NCBI RefSeq assembly: GCF_964188315.1
Contig: NC_135659.1
Coordinates: 38,130,001-38,194,000 of the forward strand
Length of the DNA stretch: 64,000 nt
Direction: 5' to 3'
Source of the DNA: Podarcis muralis
Lineage: Eukaryota
Shown here in pieces: positions 37,563 to 51,298 of this stretch (positions within the stretch are counted from its first letter, which is position 1; each line of letters starts with the position of its first letter). Both the position numbers and the translations under genes were made by a program. The notes below the pieces were generated by a model. That model worked only from the letters and a program-made list of their open reading frames with translations. It had not been told where the DNA came from and made no database searches.

Positions 37563-39574
37563 GTCTAAGCACTTCATCAGATGGGCTTTCTGTGTATGCA
37601 TACAAAGTGTCCCTTATTTCAACCACAGTGATGCTCAAAAATGGATTCAAATCCTAAATTTAGAGACAAGAATCAGGGCATGATAATGAATCATGTTCAA
37701 AGGCCCTTTTTTAGACATGTCACAAAAGCATTCTGCACCTTCAGCTCCATAGTATGCTTGGGTCTTTATGTTCTGCAATCAAATGAATATAGCTAGCAGA
37801 CCTTTGCCTTGGGATGATGGAGAAGCACCATTGTTTGACATAACAGAGTTCCATATAAATTAATACCAGCTGATGCCCTAATTTTGATATTGATCTGTGC
37901 TATATCGTACATAGCCTTAACTTAATCCAACTTCCACCATCTACCCTGAACTAAAGCAAAGTCAGCAAGTGTTTGTTTCTTGAAGAAGCAAGAAAAAAAA
38001 AAGAGGAGCTAGTTTTTCTAGCTATATTTTCTACTCCTATATGGTTTATTAACATATGGACATTCTGCTTTCCATGTCAACTCAGAAAAGGTTTGGCATC
38101 AACCTAGGAATAGTGATGTTCTGATATAGATGTCTAGACCATGCATATTTGAGGCATGAAGTAGTGGGTCAAAGTTTGTGACTTCTTTTTTTGACAGGAA
38201 GCAAACTTAGATTAGTTCTGAGAGTGGGTGTTTTGTGTGTGTGTGTGTAACAATATCTAGTTTAGATCAAGAACTATTAGAAACTGAAATGTGGAAGGAA
38301 AAGTTAGATGACACAAAAACATTGGAATGGTTAGGTTTAAAAATGATCAAACTAGCTCATTGGACAAATGTGCTGTCACAATCTGACATGGTGTTGTACA
38401 AATTAATTCCCAACATTATTTCCCCTGTCAATCCTGATCCAAACAAATATATTGTACACCACTATATTTTGGCAATTTGAACAAGATCATCAAGCTTGCT
38501 CCGGGCATGATTTATTAGCAGAATGTAGGGGAGGTACAAATCTTGGAGTTGAGAGTGGAGAATACTTTATTACTTCCTATTCCTAAAAGATGTCACTTCT
38601 TAAAGCTGTCTATATTTGGTCTTTCTTATTACTGCAGGCAGCATGAGATCGGCACATGTCAAATTGCCTCCAGCTAGGAGATATATTTGTGGGTTACATA
38701 ATGTTTTAAACAGAGAACATAAGAACATGTCTACAAGCCAATCTGTCTACAACTAATAAAGTATTCATAGCACAGTCCTGGCGAAGGATTTGAAAAAGAA
38801 GTGCCTGTCACTTATGTACAAGCATCCCGTTAGATTGTATGTATGTCGTCAAAATTACCTGTAATGTTTTGTTCCTCGCATATAGTCACTGTGGCTGCTA
38901 ACAACATAATTATCTTAGGACCTATTCATATCACCACTGGGCATAGTATAACCACAGGGACAGTGCTTGGAAAGCTTGCCCATGCTAGCTTCCAGCCCAT
39001 GGCGAGCCATTTTGTGCTTCTGCCACCATGCACAGGATTCAGCTGTTGGCATGCTGCCACTGCTTGATAATTTGTGTTGGCATTTGAAAAACTGAATCAT
39101 TTGCATAGCCTAGTATGCAGAGGATTTCCCCAAACCTACACCACATTCACATGGGGGAAAAGACACTTGGGGAAATGATTTTGAGTGGAGAGATAGCAGG
39201 TGCGAGGGAGCTTAAGCATCCCTCCTCTTGACATTCGTTCACTCCAAATTCTCACTCCCCCAAGCAGTATTCATCCCATATAAAGTGGCTGTGTGCAGGG
39301 TCATGTCCAATACTACTGCATGATGATACTGACACATATAGCCACTTCAAATGTGGTAATTTATTATATGCGTACATACACTTATAGGTGTGGAAACCAC
39401 TGCAGCTGTCTCCACTGACCACCCAAACTGCATTTAAACATAAAATTCATTGCATGTTTTTTAAAAAATGTTTTGGCAGAACAAAATAAAAAAGAAAATG
39501 ACCCAGTGAACAGGTCACTTATATGCATACACACTTCACTTAGCAAAACTCCATTGATCTGAATGCCTCTCAAA

Positions 39575-39843
39575 CAGGGCCGGATTTAGGTTTGATGGGG
39601 CCCTAAGCTACTGAAGGTAATGGGGCCCTTTGTATTTCTAGCTGTTTTTTGTGTTGAATATATGCTGTATGGTAATTTATGGACCTAATAGGTATCTAAA
39701 GCCATTTGCACATAACAAAATATGTATTTAATCAAGGTTATCTTATATTTTGGAAATTTACACCCAGTTGTTGTTTTTCCTTCCACCAAGATAGTGGGGC
39801 CCTAAGCTCTAGCTTGTTTAGCTTATACATCAATCCGGCACTG
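39575..39843. mobile_element. Non-autonomous hAT element (short form)
   Basis: TIR CAGGGCCGGATT / AATCCGGCACTG; perfect 8-bp TSD CTCTCAAA (39567-74 and 39844-51). Confidence 0.92.
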
Positions 39844-42800
39844 CTCTCAAACTTTCCCCATATTCTTTCTTAAGTAATTGGAGAGAGTGACTTAAGTCTT
39901 CCAAATCCTTCAGAGAAATGAGAATTCTCTGCATGTAATGCACAGGACCATTCTTCTAATCTAGACTGTTGCTAATGAAGTCATCAGAGCAATTTAAGAA
40001 TATACCATCTATCAAGTGCTATTCAGGTTTTGGGGGGCTTTTTTTGCACTATTTAATGCAAAATGAAACATTGGTCAAAGTGTTTTGATCTGATGTCACT
40101 GACATCTCTCCCACATCTTCCTTTCATCATTCCTTTTATCTCTCACCAGTTTTGCCACTCTAATATTCTTCTTTCACCTGTCATCTGTCTGGAATATGTT
40201 TATCCATTCTTTTTCAACCCGCAGGGGGATTCTGATAGAATATTCAGTACTTATGAAAATCGGCCTACCTCTGTAAGCTTCTCTTTCTTTGAAGAAAGCA
40301 ACTGCAGAACATTCCATATCAACTCATGAACAACAAATGTGTGTGGACACCTTGCCAGGTTTTGATTATGAAGATGTATCTGCTTCCTGCACACTTGAGG
40401 TTCTGATAGCTGCGTTTCTTCTTTTCTTTATAACAGTGCAAAAATCCACATATATATAAAATATATAATAAAGCTATTCAAGTGGCATATTGTGACTAAT
40501 TCGACTATATTGAAACAGATTACAAAAGCATTTAGCAGAAGATTTAGAACTGCAATAGTAAATGTGATGAAGAGTTAAAGAGGTATTGTCACAAGTGTAA
40601 GTATTATTAATAAATATATCGATGAGACCAATTCTTACAGAAGGAAACAGGGCTGTTTATAAACTTTTTTTAAAAAAATGAGAAAAACATTTCGATACAA
40701 TATTCAATGAAAATATTATCCAGAGTCCATTTCAAAAGTTGCATGTTGATTCCAATTAAAATGAAGTTAATATGACACGGCAATGTAAAGTCTAGAAAAG
40801 TTCTATATGTGATGGAAGTAGCAGAAAAATAATAGAATAAAAATGGGATGAACGAATACTGGGATTTCCACAGAAATGAAGAAGATCCCTGCACACACCA
40901 AGACAAGAAGATCCCTATGTACACTGTCCAGACTCTCTGACATGGTTATGGTGAAAAACGGGATCACTGTTGGCAGTGTCAGCAATTCAGCACCATTAAT
41001 GCAAATGAAAAATGCTTTATGTGCCAATTCACTTTAATAAATATGTATTAAAATGCTGAGCAGAGATATAGCACCTAAGATTGAGCTGTTCAGTGTTGCT
41101 CTGGATCCACTTTCCCCCTAGTTTTTCCGCCCACTGGCTTGGCTTCAGTTTTAGGATGGCTGGACTTTGAGGGCATCTTTAATTATTCTTATTTTTGGCA
41201 AATGTAAAGGCCACATCACTTTTGCCCTCATTGCCACCTTATGCACAGGCAATCTGTTTCTTTAATGCTCTGCCTACTTCATCTGTTAGAGCTTGGTTAA
41301 ATGCTGACACCGTGAAAGCTAGTAATGAACTCAGCTTGTGAGAGATAATATTGTTTATCTTATTGACAAAATGTATAGGCTTATTAATAGGTTTTGTATG
41401 AGTGAACAACAACAAAGACATCTTGCAGAAGGTCTTCCTTGAAATTTTACGTCTGGCAGCCAAAGAAGATAGCAGTTATACTCATTGGGATGACAGACTC
41501 ATGAATCTTTGCTAAGATATATAAGGAGCATAAAGTAGGAAAGTGGAAACATGTTCAATCAATTTCAAATTAATCCGTATATTGAAAGATATCACTGGCA
41601 CACACCTTCCATGGGAAAATAAACTGACAATAGCTGAAGCTGGTAAAATATTGATCTTTCTTCATATGTCTGTGGAAATGTGCTAGTTCCTTTTGGGGGC
41701 TGTTTTGAAAACTCTGTTGAAATGGTGAGAGAAAAACAGTAGTGGCCTATGGTGCAAAATATGGAGATGCGCTTTTGTGTGCATAGACACTTTTTTCTGT
41801 ATGCTCTTCCTCCGCATATGCTTGAGAAGCAGAAGGGAATGTAGTCCGAGAGACTCATGGTTTCTTCTTCCTGAGAGTTGTGCTTCCCCATCCCACCTCT
41901 GTGAGAAATATAACGAAGCCTGTGTTCACACTTATGGGCTGAGCACTGGGACCTTCAAGAGGAGGTGTGGGGTTGAGGTCCAGAGCACAGCAGCAGATTG
42001 TCCTGGGACTTGGAACCAAGGGCACTAGTCTAGCCAGACCAGAGCATTAATCCATGTTGACAAAGCGTATCTTCTACCCCCCAGAGACAACAACAAATTA
42101 TGGTAACCAGCATAACAGCAAGAAATAGGCACAGGGCTGTCACCTAGCATGAGCATACAGGGGCTGATGCTAGTTCCCATTCACAATATCCCTTATTCTT
42201 CTTCATGTGACTGGGAGCAAGGTCCTCAGACACTCTGGAGAAATGAAGATGGTGGAACTATCTGTAGCCTGGACCAAGGCCTTGCCATTGTTCAGTGTAA
42301 ATCATTTTTTGCGAGGGCAACTGCTGGAGACATCGGAACAACCAGAGTGTGGTTTGGAGAAAGCAAGGGTGGAATAGAGACCTTGGAGGGAACCCTGAAT
42401 GCCTTCAGGAAACACTGGGTCATAGATGAAGGACCAAAGCCTTGCAGATAGCCTAGAAGCTGACTGAGAAGGACCAGTTGTGTCCACAACAGCTAGTTCT
42501 GGGCTGAGGAACCATGCCTCTGCTTGTCTTTGTTGTCTTGAAGCAATTTTACCTTCTACAACTTAATGCTGAATGTTAAGCTTCATCTTGATCCTTAAGA
42601 ACACCTGAGAAGGATAAGAGACTACAAGTATGTCTCCTTTCCTGAGGACATGGGTGCTCTTGTAATAATGCACAGTTACTATAAGAGTTAAAGAAAACAA
42701 ATGCAAAATTCTGTTTTGGTGGGAAGAGGGATTCAGTCAGGAGATACTGGATCTTCATCATCCCTGCCAAACGTTTTTTTCACAAGCAAGATCAACAACG

Positions 42801-44214
42801 TCTCTGAAAAAAATCACCTCTGTGTGAGGTGAAATCTATTTAACCTACTGAAGACTTCTATATTAGTCAAATGCATCATCCATCAGTGCAGACACAGGGC
42901 GGATTGCCCCCCAACCTCCTAACTTCCTGACTTTTTATTGATATATGCCAATCTTTATGTGTCTCAGTTGGGCTGCCTGTAAATCCACGTTAGTCACTGA
43001 AAGAAAATTTTCCCTCTTAATGACTTCAGAGCGAAGAGAAGAAATTGCACAACTTCAATGGATTTGCTATTGTATCTCTTTTGATGTACATTCCTACCAG
43101 TTTATCCCACTGGATTTTATGTAGCCTAATGCAGGGGGACTATAGCGTACACAAGGATCAGCAATAGGATGAAGGGTTGTTGTTTTTTTAATATGAGGAA
43201 TCAAAGCAGGAGGAAGTAGAAGATCAAGGAAGAAGAGATAGGAATACCAAAAAAAAGCAAAAATATATATTTTTTTAAAAAAATAATTAACAGTTTATAT
43301 TACTGCAGAACAGAATGACCAACAATGAGAGCAAAGGAAGGGATTCTGAATACTTTTCATTCATAATTATAACAAGTCAAAACAAATGTGTTCTGCCACT
43401 GCACTTTCAGCATCTCCAGCAATTTTCTTTCACTGCTGTTGATCTCCTTTGGAAGAGGGAAGAAGGAACTAGCTGTAAGCTGTCTAGCCGGGTGAGAGGC
43501 CCCATCCCCTCTGAACTGTCTCTAAAACAAATTTCTGGGGCTCCTAGGATTGCAATTAGACCTGCACTAGCAGTTTTGGCTTTATGGTTTGTTAATTCTT
43601 ATTTCACTCTATACATATGTGTTTAAGTCTAGATTGTTCATTTTGTAATATGGTACTGATTCCCCTCCCCCCATGTTTTCTAAGTTGCTGGTTTTTGCCC
43701 TATTTGAATGTATTGATATGTTTTGTAAACTGACTTCTCTTCCCCAACCTAGTGCTTTGTACTTTGATAAGCAAATGTTTGTTGTAAGCTTCTTTGGACA
43801 TGGCTCACTGTAGAATGGAGGCATATCAATAAACTCAAACAAATCAGACATACCTACGGTATCTGTATTTTTTTATTTGCAACAATAACAAGAAATAAAC
43901 ACTATTCATTTTGGAAAATGGCAGTGCTAGCAGCATTTATGTTATATAGCTTGCTATATTTTTCATTGCTGCTACATCCCCCAAACCTAATCGACCAGCT
44001 CTTCACATTTGTTATGTTAACATCCTCTGGGTGAATAAGTAAATTCCAAATGAATAAATAGAATTTGTAAAGACTCGATTTCTCAAGCATTCCTATTTAA
44101 AGGCCAAATTGGGCAGACCTGGGTCACCTCCAGAATGTCAGGATTTTGCAGGAGAGATCCAGTCATATCCTGGAAATTTGGGTTTGCACTATTTGGCATA
44201 TAAGAAGTGTATAA

Positions 44215-44245
<31 letters not shown>

Positions 44246-44655
44246 GCAAGAAAACACTGTTGTAACAAATCCACTTTTTAAGAAACATACGTTTCAAGGT
44301 GACCTATTTAGGAAATGCTCTAAAAAGTGTGGAATGAATGGTGGATCAGTGGGAAGATGTATAACCACTAGGCAAACAAATCAAGATAAATGTCCATTGT
44401 TATCCAACTGTTGCAACAAATCCTCAATCAAGACAGGATATCACCTAACCTCTGCATAAGCTTTATGTGAGCAAATCAGAATGTGTGGTCAGTGCTAATG
44501 AATGGATATGGCCTAACGTCCCTGTAAGCTTTGTGAAATCTAGGATCTAGGATTCCAGTTTGCCAAAGTTGCAGGGGACAGGGCTGATGTTCAGCACTTC
44601 AGCAGGAAAGTGGCAGACAAGTTACTGTTTTGCCCTGGTCACCTCCTTCCACAGC

Positions 44656-44659
<4 letters not shown>

Positions 44660-44701
<42 letters not shown>
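44660..44701. repeat. (CA)n microsatellite
   Basis: Directly visible. Confidence 0.98.
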
Positions 44702-44703
<2 letters not shown>

Positions 44704-46140
44704 TAAACATAGACATCTAGGACCTGAGTAGAACAAAAGCTGTTAGAATGAAGGGATGGGTGGGTCGCAGAGCAGAAGCAACATGAAAAGGAATGATTAA
44801 ATGTCCCCTCCTATTCGCTGCTTCTTGCTGCTCTTCCTCCTGTCAATCTGCAGCTCTTTTCTACCACAAAAAGCCTATCCCGGTCCTTCTGAAAAATGGG
44901 ACCTTTAAGAAATGCTAATATCTTATTGATTGTTCACCATACTTACTCTACATAAAAACATTCAACATATCATTCATCACAAGTTCTTTGCTGAAGGTGC
45001 TGCCGAAACACATTCTTCTGTCGCACCAAGTTCCACCTGTGGAGCATCTGCAAGTAAAATGCTACTAATTGTATTAAGATAATAAATAACAGAAGCAAGC
45101 CAGGACTTTATAGGAGGAGGACAAAGCTTTGCCAAATATTAGTATATAAATGACAGGTTTTAGCTGGGCCTGGAATTACCATAATTGATTATCTTCGTGA
45201 TTTCTCAATGGATAATGCTTGGGGGCAGGTATTTAATTATTAATTATTAAATAAATAACTATGCAATGCTTTGGAAGCTGGAAACACAAGAAAATTTGCA
45301 TGGTAGAACTTGGAAGTGAGTTAAGGCTACAGGTGATAGTTACAAAAGGTTACAAGTAACATTGCACACGATAGTTGTGAAAGTGCCCTGCCAAAATGAA
45401 TGGCAGGTGTTGAATTCCCTTGGAGAACATTGCGGCCACTATAATTTTAGGCACATTGAGCACACCTTTAAAGCAATTGGCAAAGGACTCCTAAGAGAAC
45501 CATCATATTGAACAATCATTATCCATAAGCACATGTTGCTCATTGTGGCATTATAAACAGTTTTCCCAGCAGCAATCCACAATTAATGGGAATGGGTGGA
45601 TAATTACTATGGCGGATAATTACCATTTACACATGCTTAGTCTGTTTAGACAGGTACAAGGGAGACTATTCGAGAGGTGTTAAAACAGGTTTATTGGACA
45701 GTGAAATCCCTGTTTGTAAAGAATATAAAAAATGGAAGATTTTTGTGTTTAAAAAGCAGATGGAACAATTACATCAGAACTTGTAGATTTGTCTCTTCTG
45801 AAATGCATGATCTGAACCCCATTATAAGACTTACATGAAGATCTGGATTCAATTTCTCTGCCCAACAGTGGCAGAGAAGCTCCACCTTTCGTAAAGATTT
45901 TCTAATTCATATAAAATATCCATAATTTAAATGTGGATTTGGATTTGTAACATTTGGGACTAGGAGCAAGGTTCAAGATCCAGCTGTCCCTGGTTTGTTT
46001 TATGTTACCAGAGTACCCTGATTCATCCTGATTCAACCAGGGGTGGCTAACTAGTGGTTTTCCAGACAATGCCGGAACTCCCAGCATCCCTCACTATTTG
46101 CCATGCCGACTGGGGCTCAAAGGAATTGATGTTCAGCAAC

Positions 46141-46310
46141 CTGGATAGCTCAGTTGGTTAGAGCATGGTGCTGATAATGCCAAGGTTGCAGGTTTGATCC
46201 CCGTATGGGACAACTGCATATTCCTGCATCGCAGGGGGTTGGACTAGATGGTCCTCAAGGTCCCTTCCAACTCTTCAATTCCCTTTCAACTCTACAACTC
46301 TATAATTCTA
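46141..46310 (+). mobile_element. tRNA-headed SINE with CR1-derived tail (Squam3-like)
   Basis: TAGCTCAGTTGGTTAGAGC A box, GGTTTGATCCC B box, then GGGGTTGGACTAGATGGTCCTCAAGGTCCCTTCCAACTC. Confidence 0.88.
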
Positions 46311-48230
46311 CGAACATATGGAGGCCATGGACTCCTGAGCCCAACCATGAATTTCACTCGCTGTCATCAATGACTGTTAGTGAGAAATAATCTTGTGGCT
46401 TTATCTCTGCTACCCTGTGGAGATCTGAAGCAATGCAGCACAGAGCACATCTTATATTTTAATTTCATTTTAAGGGGAAGGATGATAAAAACTGGAGGGG
46501 GTATTCGCAGCTTGTCATCAGCGACACTGAGGGGACCAGCAGCTAATGACTAACCTTAACAGATCGGCAATCACAATCTACACTGCTGTCATGCTCAGAC
46601 AAAATTGTTGACCAAAAGAAGCAAACACTGAGCAACTTGACATGGCAGCAGTGTTTCCTTTGAAAAATATGAAAGGAAATGTTTTTTTATTTTTTAAAAA
46701 AAACTAGATCTTCCCCCTTGAAAACTTAGCAACAACTATATATTCCAAGTACTAAAATAGCCTGGTTCTCTTTCTTTATTTTCTGCTTGTAAACAAAGCA
46801 GTATGCATTGACAGGAATACCTAAGGCACAGATTAAACTGTTCTAATGACCACTTGCATAGGGCCTCATGTTTACTGGGGGAAGAGTAATTAGAATAATT
46901 TCACAGATAGGTTTAAATATCTGCTATCAGATTTGCCTGCGATTACTTAAACTGTTAAGCAATTAAATTTCCACTAGCTGGGAAATGGAGAAACAAGTCT
47001 TTTAAAGCCTCTATCTGGCTTAAGGAATAAAGATAATAGGCTGCAGTTTTCTGTGACCCACTAAATGGACCATAAATATACTTTTGTCTTGAGCAAGTCA
47101 CATTATTCTGATATGTATATTTGCTTTTATACATGGTTGCAACCATTCTTCCCAAATGAGAAACTGACAGCTTAATTATATATGATTGATATGGCTATTT
47201 ATGGTGAGCTACTACCACAATGAACACTAGAACCATTTTTCTTATTAGTATTTACCCAATTCCACAAAAAAGGACAATATAAAAGTAGAAGGCTGGGCTG
47301 GAATGTGTGCTTACTCCCATAGCTTGTAGCGGGGCATCTTTGAAGTTTCTAGAGTGATGACTCATAATTTACATTTTAGGCTGAATTTCTAGTCCAGTGT
47401 AACTGGGAGCAAGGTCCATTGAACTCAATAGTTCTGAGTAGACACATGTAGGATTACATGATTAGTGCTGTGGTGTGTTTATGCAAATAATTTTAGGGAA
47501 ATCTCTTCAACTGTATTGAAGATCTGCAACTGGGTGTGGAATTTCACAGGGGACTTTTCCATTTATTTCCCATTTTTCTCCTGTTTTATGAGATCCCTTT
47601 TGCCATCATTGTCATTTCTATCACTGTGCACCAACTCTGGTTAAATATTGGATCCTGAACTGAATCGGACTGTGGTTCCCTGGAGGTCTCCCAGAATCGG
47701 ATTTTGGGCAGTGTGAGTGGTAAAGTCTCACCAGAAGGACAGACAAGGAGGGAGCCTTTTCAAAGCCCGGTAAGGGAAGGAGACATGAGGGCTCTGACAG
47801 GGTCCTTTCCAAAGCCAGACAAGTGCTTACTGGGCTTCGGGAAGAAGGTAGGAGGGCTCTAGGATCCTGCCAGAGCATCACGCCTCCTTCCCAAAGCCAG
47901 CTGCATCAAATGGCCTTGCACAGGGTGGCATATTACCAAGGTCCACCCTGGGTCTCCCATTCAGTCACTGATTAGCTCCAGCTCAATATACCTTTAGCAA
48001 GGTGGCATCTCCATGTACCTTCAGACTTTACCCTATACCATCCGTCAGATCATGATGGAGAAAATGAAAAGTATAATGCGCTTCCCTTCCCCCTTCTTCT
48101 CAACATGATTCATGGAAGTGCCATATATTCTTTTGGCAAGTCTTAATGAGGTGTTCAAAACACTGTCTGGTTAGGATTTCCGGTATGCCCGCCAGGGTGA
48201 ACAGCAGATCCCACATTATTGGGTGCCAGT

Positions 48231-49198
48231 CAGGGCCGGATTTAGATGAAGAGAGGCCCTAGGCTACTCCACTTGTGAGGCCCCTCCCCATCCCCCACCC
48301 TCACAACAAGAAGAAAATGGAAGAGTGTTATAAACAAAATGGAGTGAAGCCAAGGATGATGATGGGTATTTAAAATTCTGCAATTCACAATTTCTGCTCT
48401 AAAGGACATAAGATATTATTGTTAAATACCATGGTGACTTTTAAAAATGCATAAAATTAACACTGAAAAACTTTTGCAATAACTGAACTTTGTAAACCTT
48501 TTGTGGAATAAGCATTATTTTTTAGGAAAATTAAGTTGTAATGTTATTCTTTAGAAAACCACGGGTGAAGGCCTGGCCAGGGCAGTCTCCATCTTATATA
48601 CCTGCTGGGATTCTGAGCCTCTGGCATCTGACCCTCATCTGACTGTGAATAAAATGTGGCTGGGCTCATTGTCTCGGGGTTTTTTTGGGATGGAGGTGAC
48701 AAAATTGATTTCCAATAAGTGCCCCCCTTTATTTTCATAACAAGTTCTTGAGTCTGTACTCTGGATGGTGACACCAGGGACCTAGAAGGTGCAGGGCTTG
48801 TCAGTCCAGCCCCTGCACAGACTCATCTTAAGGCAATTGGAGCAATTTGGCCAAATTGGGCCCTGCGTGCTGCTCCTAAGGGCCCCCACACACACACCAG
48901 GGAAATGTAGATGGATTTTGTTTATATCTATAAGATTTTGCAGACTTTGGCTGTCAACTGGGGCCCTACAAAAAAAAAATTCAAGTTGCGCCCCACTGCT
49001 TCAAATTGGGCCCCACTGGCTAGCCCTGAGTCTCATAGTTACTGGGCCTGAGTTGCCCTGCCCTTGCATGAAATCTTGGGTTTACAATTTTGGGAGTGGG
49101 GAGGCTGCGGCACTGGGGAGTGGGCAGGCTGGCAAGGTCCCCTAGATTTAGAGGCCCTAGGCTTCAGCCTACTTAGCCTATACATAAATCCAGCACTG
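48231..49198. mobile_element. Non-autonomous hAT element (long form, related to 39575)
   Basis: TIR CAGGGCCGGATTTA / TAAATCCAGCACTG; TSD GTGCCAGT / GTGCCAGC (7 of 8); repeated GGGCCC subterminal motifs; no transposase ORF. Confidence 0.85.
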
Positions 49199-49504
49199 GT
49201 GCCAGCTATGCAGTTAATTAAGGCAACCCTGTAATATGATGTGGAAGCTGTATCTAATTCAGAACGCCACAGCCAGGTTGCTGCTGCCTGGGACTGAGGT
49301 GTGAGCATATAACACTGGTCCTTAAAGAGCTACACTGCCTGTCTGTATGCTGCTGGGACCAATTCAAGGTGATGACATGGATATATAAAACCCTAAACGG
49401 CTTGGATAAAAGATCACATCTTCCTGTATTTGCCAGCCTGTGCTTTAAAACCACAAAGGTTTTCCAGATATGTTCTAACATAGAGGTCCTGCTTGTGGGC
49501 CTAT

Positions 49505-49750
49505 CAATAGAGATGGGGCAGTGATATAAAGCAGGGCCTTCTCTGTGGTGGCACCTCTGTATGTGGAACTCTCTCCCTGGGGGGGTTTAGAACTGCATAA
49601 TAGACCGGATGAAATCCAATAAACAGTTAGTGGGTGGATCCCTCAACCAAATTGATAAAATGTGTCCTGCCCTAGATGGGGTTACACTGCCCTCTTTAAA
49701 AAAGCAGGTGAGTAGCTTGAGGGAATGTCTTGATCCATTAAAATCAAACA
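49505..49750 (+). mobile_element. Scrambled L2 remnants
   Basis: GCCTTCTCTGTGGTGGCACC...TGGAAC and GATGGGGTTACACTGCCCTCT...AAAGCAGGTGAGTAGCTTG pieces resemble the 18160 L2. Confidence 0.5.
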
Positions 49751-49849
49751 AGCCCTGCCCTCTGTCCCCAAATGCAAATCCTGCTCACCCACCCTCCAGC
49801 ACGGCAGCTTTTGAAAAAAGAATAATATATCATATGTAGGTTGGCCCTA

Positions 49850-50020
49850 AGCCCTTGCTGGGTAGGAGAAACTTCTTAATGGTAACCAACTGTATTGGGA
49901 GGTAGAGAAGTTTTCTTTCCCTGGAGATATTTAAACAGAGGCTGAATGGCTAACTGCCAGCGATTCTGTAGATTCCTTCCCTGAGTAAAGGTTCAGATTA
50001 GATGACCTCCAAGTTTCCTC
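49850..50020 (+). mobile_element. Old CR1 3' fragment
   Basis: AACTTCTTAATGGTAA...CTGGAGATATTTAAACAGAGGCTG...AGATTAGATGACCTCCAAG. Confidence 0.6.
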
Positions 50021-51298
50021 TGAATACTAAAGTACTATTCGTTGGTACTATTTTTATATTGTCTTCTCTATACATAGTCTCAAAGGACAGGATGCACCAT
50101 GTATGATTTTTATCAGCTTACACATTTTTATGTTTGTTTGGGGAGTTTCTGCATAACGTGGGAAAACAGGTAAGGAAATGAATTTTAACAACACTTTAAA
50201 CAGGGAAGGCTACCTGTCTGTCTAAGGGGGGGGGGGAATTAATAAAAATTATTAACTATAATAACTGCTTGGATTTTAAGTTGTTTGCAAGCAGCTGCTC
50301 TAGTCAAAACAATTTCACCGGAACAAAAATTGGATTCTTAAATTGTGTTCATCTTTTAACTTTATCACTATCTCATCCTCCCCCCCAAAAGAGAACCACT
50401 GATAGCAGGATGACTTTAAGGCATTCAAAATATCAACAAACTGTGAATTTCAGTAAACACATTTTCTATTATTATTCATGCAACAGCTCAGCAAGAAGGA
50501 AGAAGAAAACAGAGAGGTACAAGACAAGAAAGAGCCTGAAATAGAAAGCGCTTATTCATTTTCATAGATAGGAGAGAGAACAATTTATTAAAATCTTGAT
50601 ATTGTACTGAAGAACTAATTGTATGGAATATTTTGCATCTTAAAGAAAGCCGACTCCTCTCACATATTAAAGCATGTACAAAATTGTACTTTTTTGTTAT
50701 TTTAATGTAGCAATATCAAATAGCTAACACAAAGTGCCATAAAATACAACATATTCTGCTATTTTGGGCCTTTCCAGTCATTTCCTCTTGTTCAGAAACT
50801 ACCCCAGTGGGTCTGGTTTTTGTCACATTGCCTTCAGCTACCACACATTACCAAATAATGCAGCGTCTTTTTGCTATTATGGGATGTATCAGCATTCCCA
50901 AACTGAATTCTGGACTAAATGCAAAGTAGTAATGCCACAAAGTGGGCTACACCTTTTCATGCAAACTCACTGCCATATTGTTTGAGGATTTTTATTTCTA
51001 GAACAGAGATGTTGATCCTTCTGTTGTTATGCCCTGCAGTGTATGTGTTGGGGATGCCTGTAGCCTCAATGCCTTCACAAGAACTTTCCAGCGAATCATC
51101 CCTCTGGCCACAAGTCAATTCAGACTCTCTTGCTCTTGTCCTGCTTGGACATAAGGAACAGCTGCAGCTGTGACCAAGTGACTTGCTTGAGTCAATCAGT
51201 TTGTCACTGGAGGCATCAGGTACAGGTAGGACTTCTGGGATCTCCTGCTTGCCATCTCAGTGAGAGAAAAGGAGGGGAAAGGGATAGGCAGAGGGAGG

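Noticed and set aside
40670-41027. Hydrophobic minus-strand ORFs resembling transmembrane segments, and a plus-strand WQC...CFMC zinc-finger-like string
   Set aside because: The complement of A/G-rich DNA yields Leu/Phe/Ile by default; the zinc-finger lacks the second Cys and correct spacing; no family is recognisable.
42149-42489. Overlapping ORFs possibly derived from a DIRS recombinase or LINE
   Set aside because: Only vague similarity (FLKAFR); no diagnostic motif in any frame I translated.
44902-45047. Apparent pair of minus-strand exons
   Set aside because: The implied intron is only 44 nt and the 101-nt segment has stops in all three frames.
46141-46215. tRNA-like sequence, also at 35705-35777 and 54385-54465
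   Set aside because: These are SINE heads: stems are mismatched and they continue directly into SINE bodies or CR1-derived tails, so they are not called tRNA genes.
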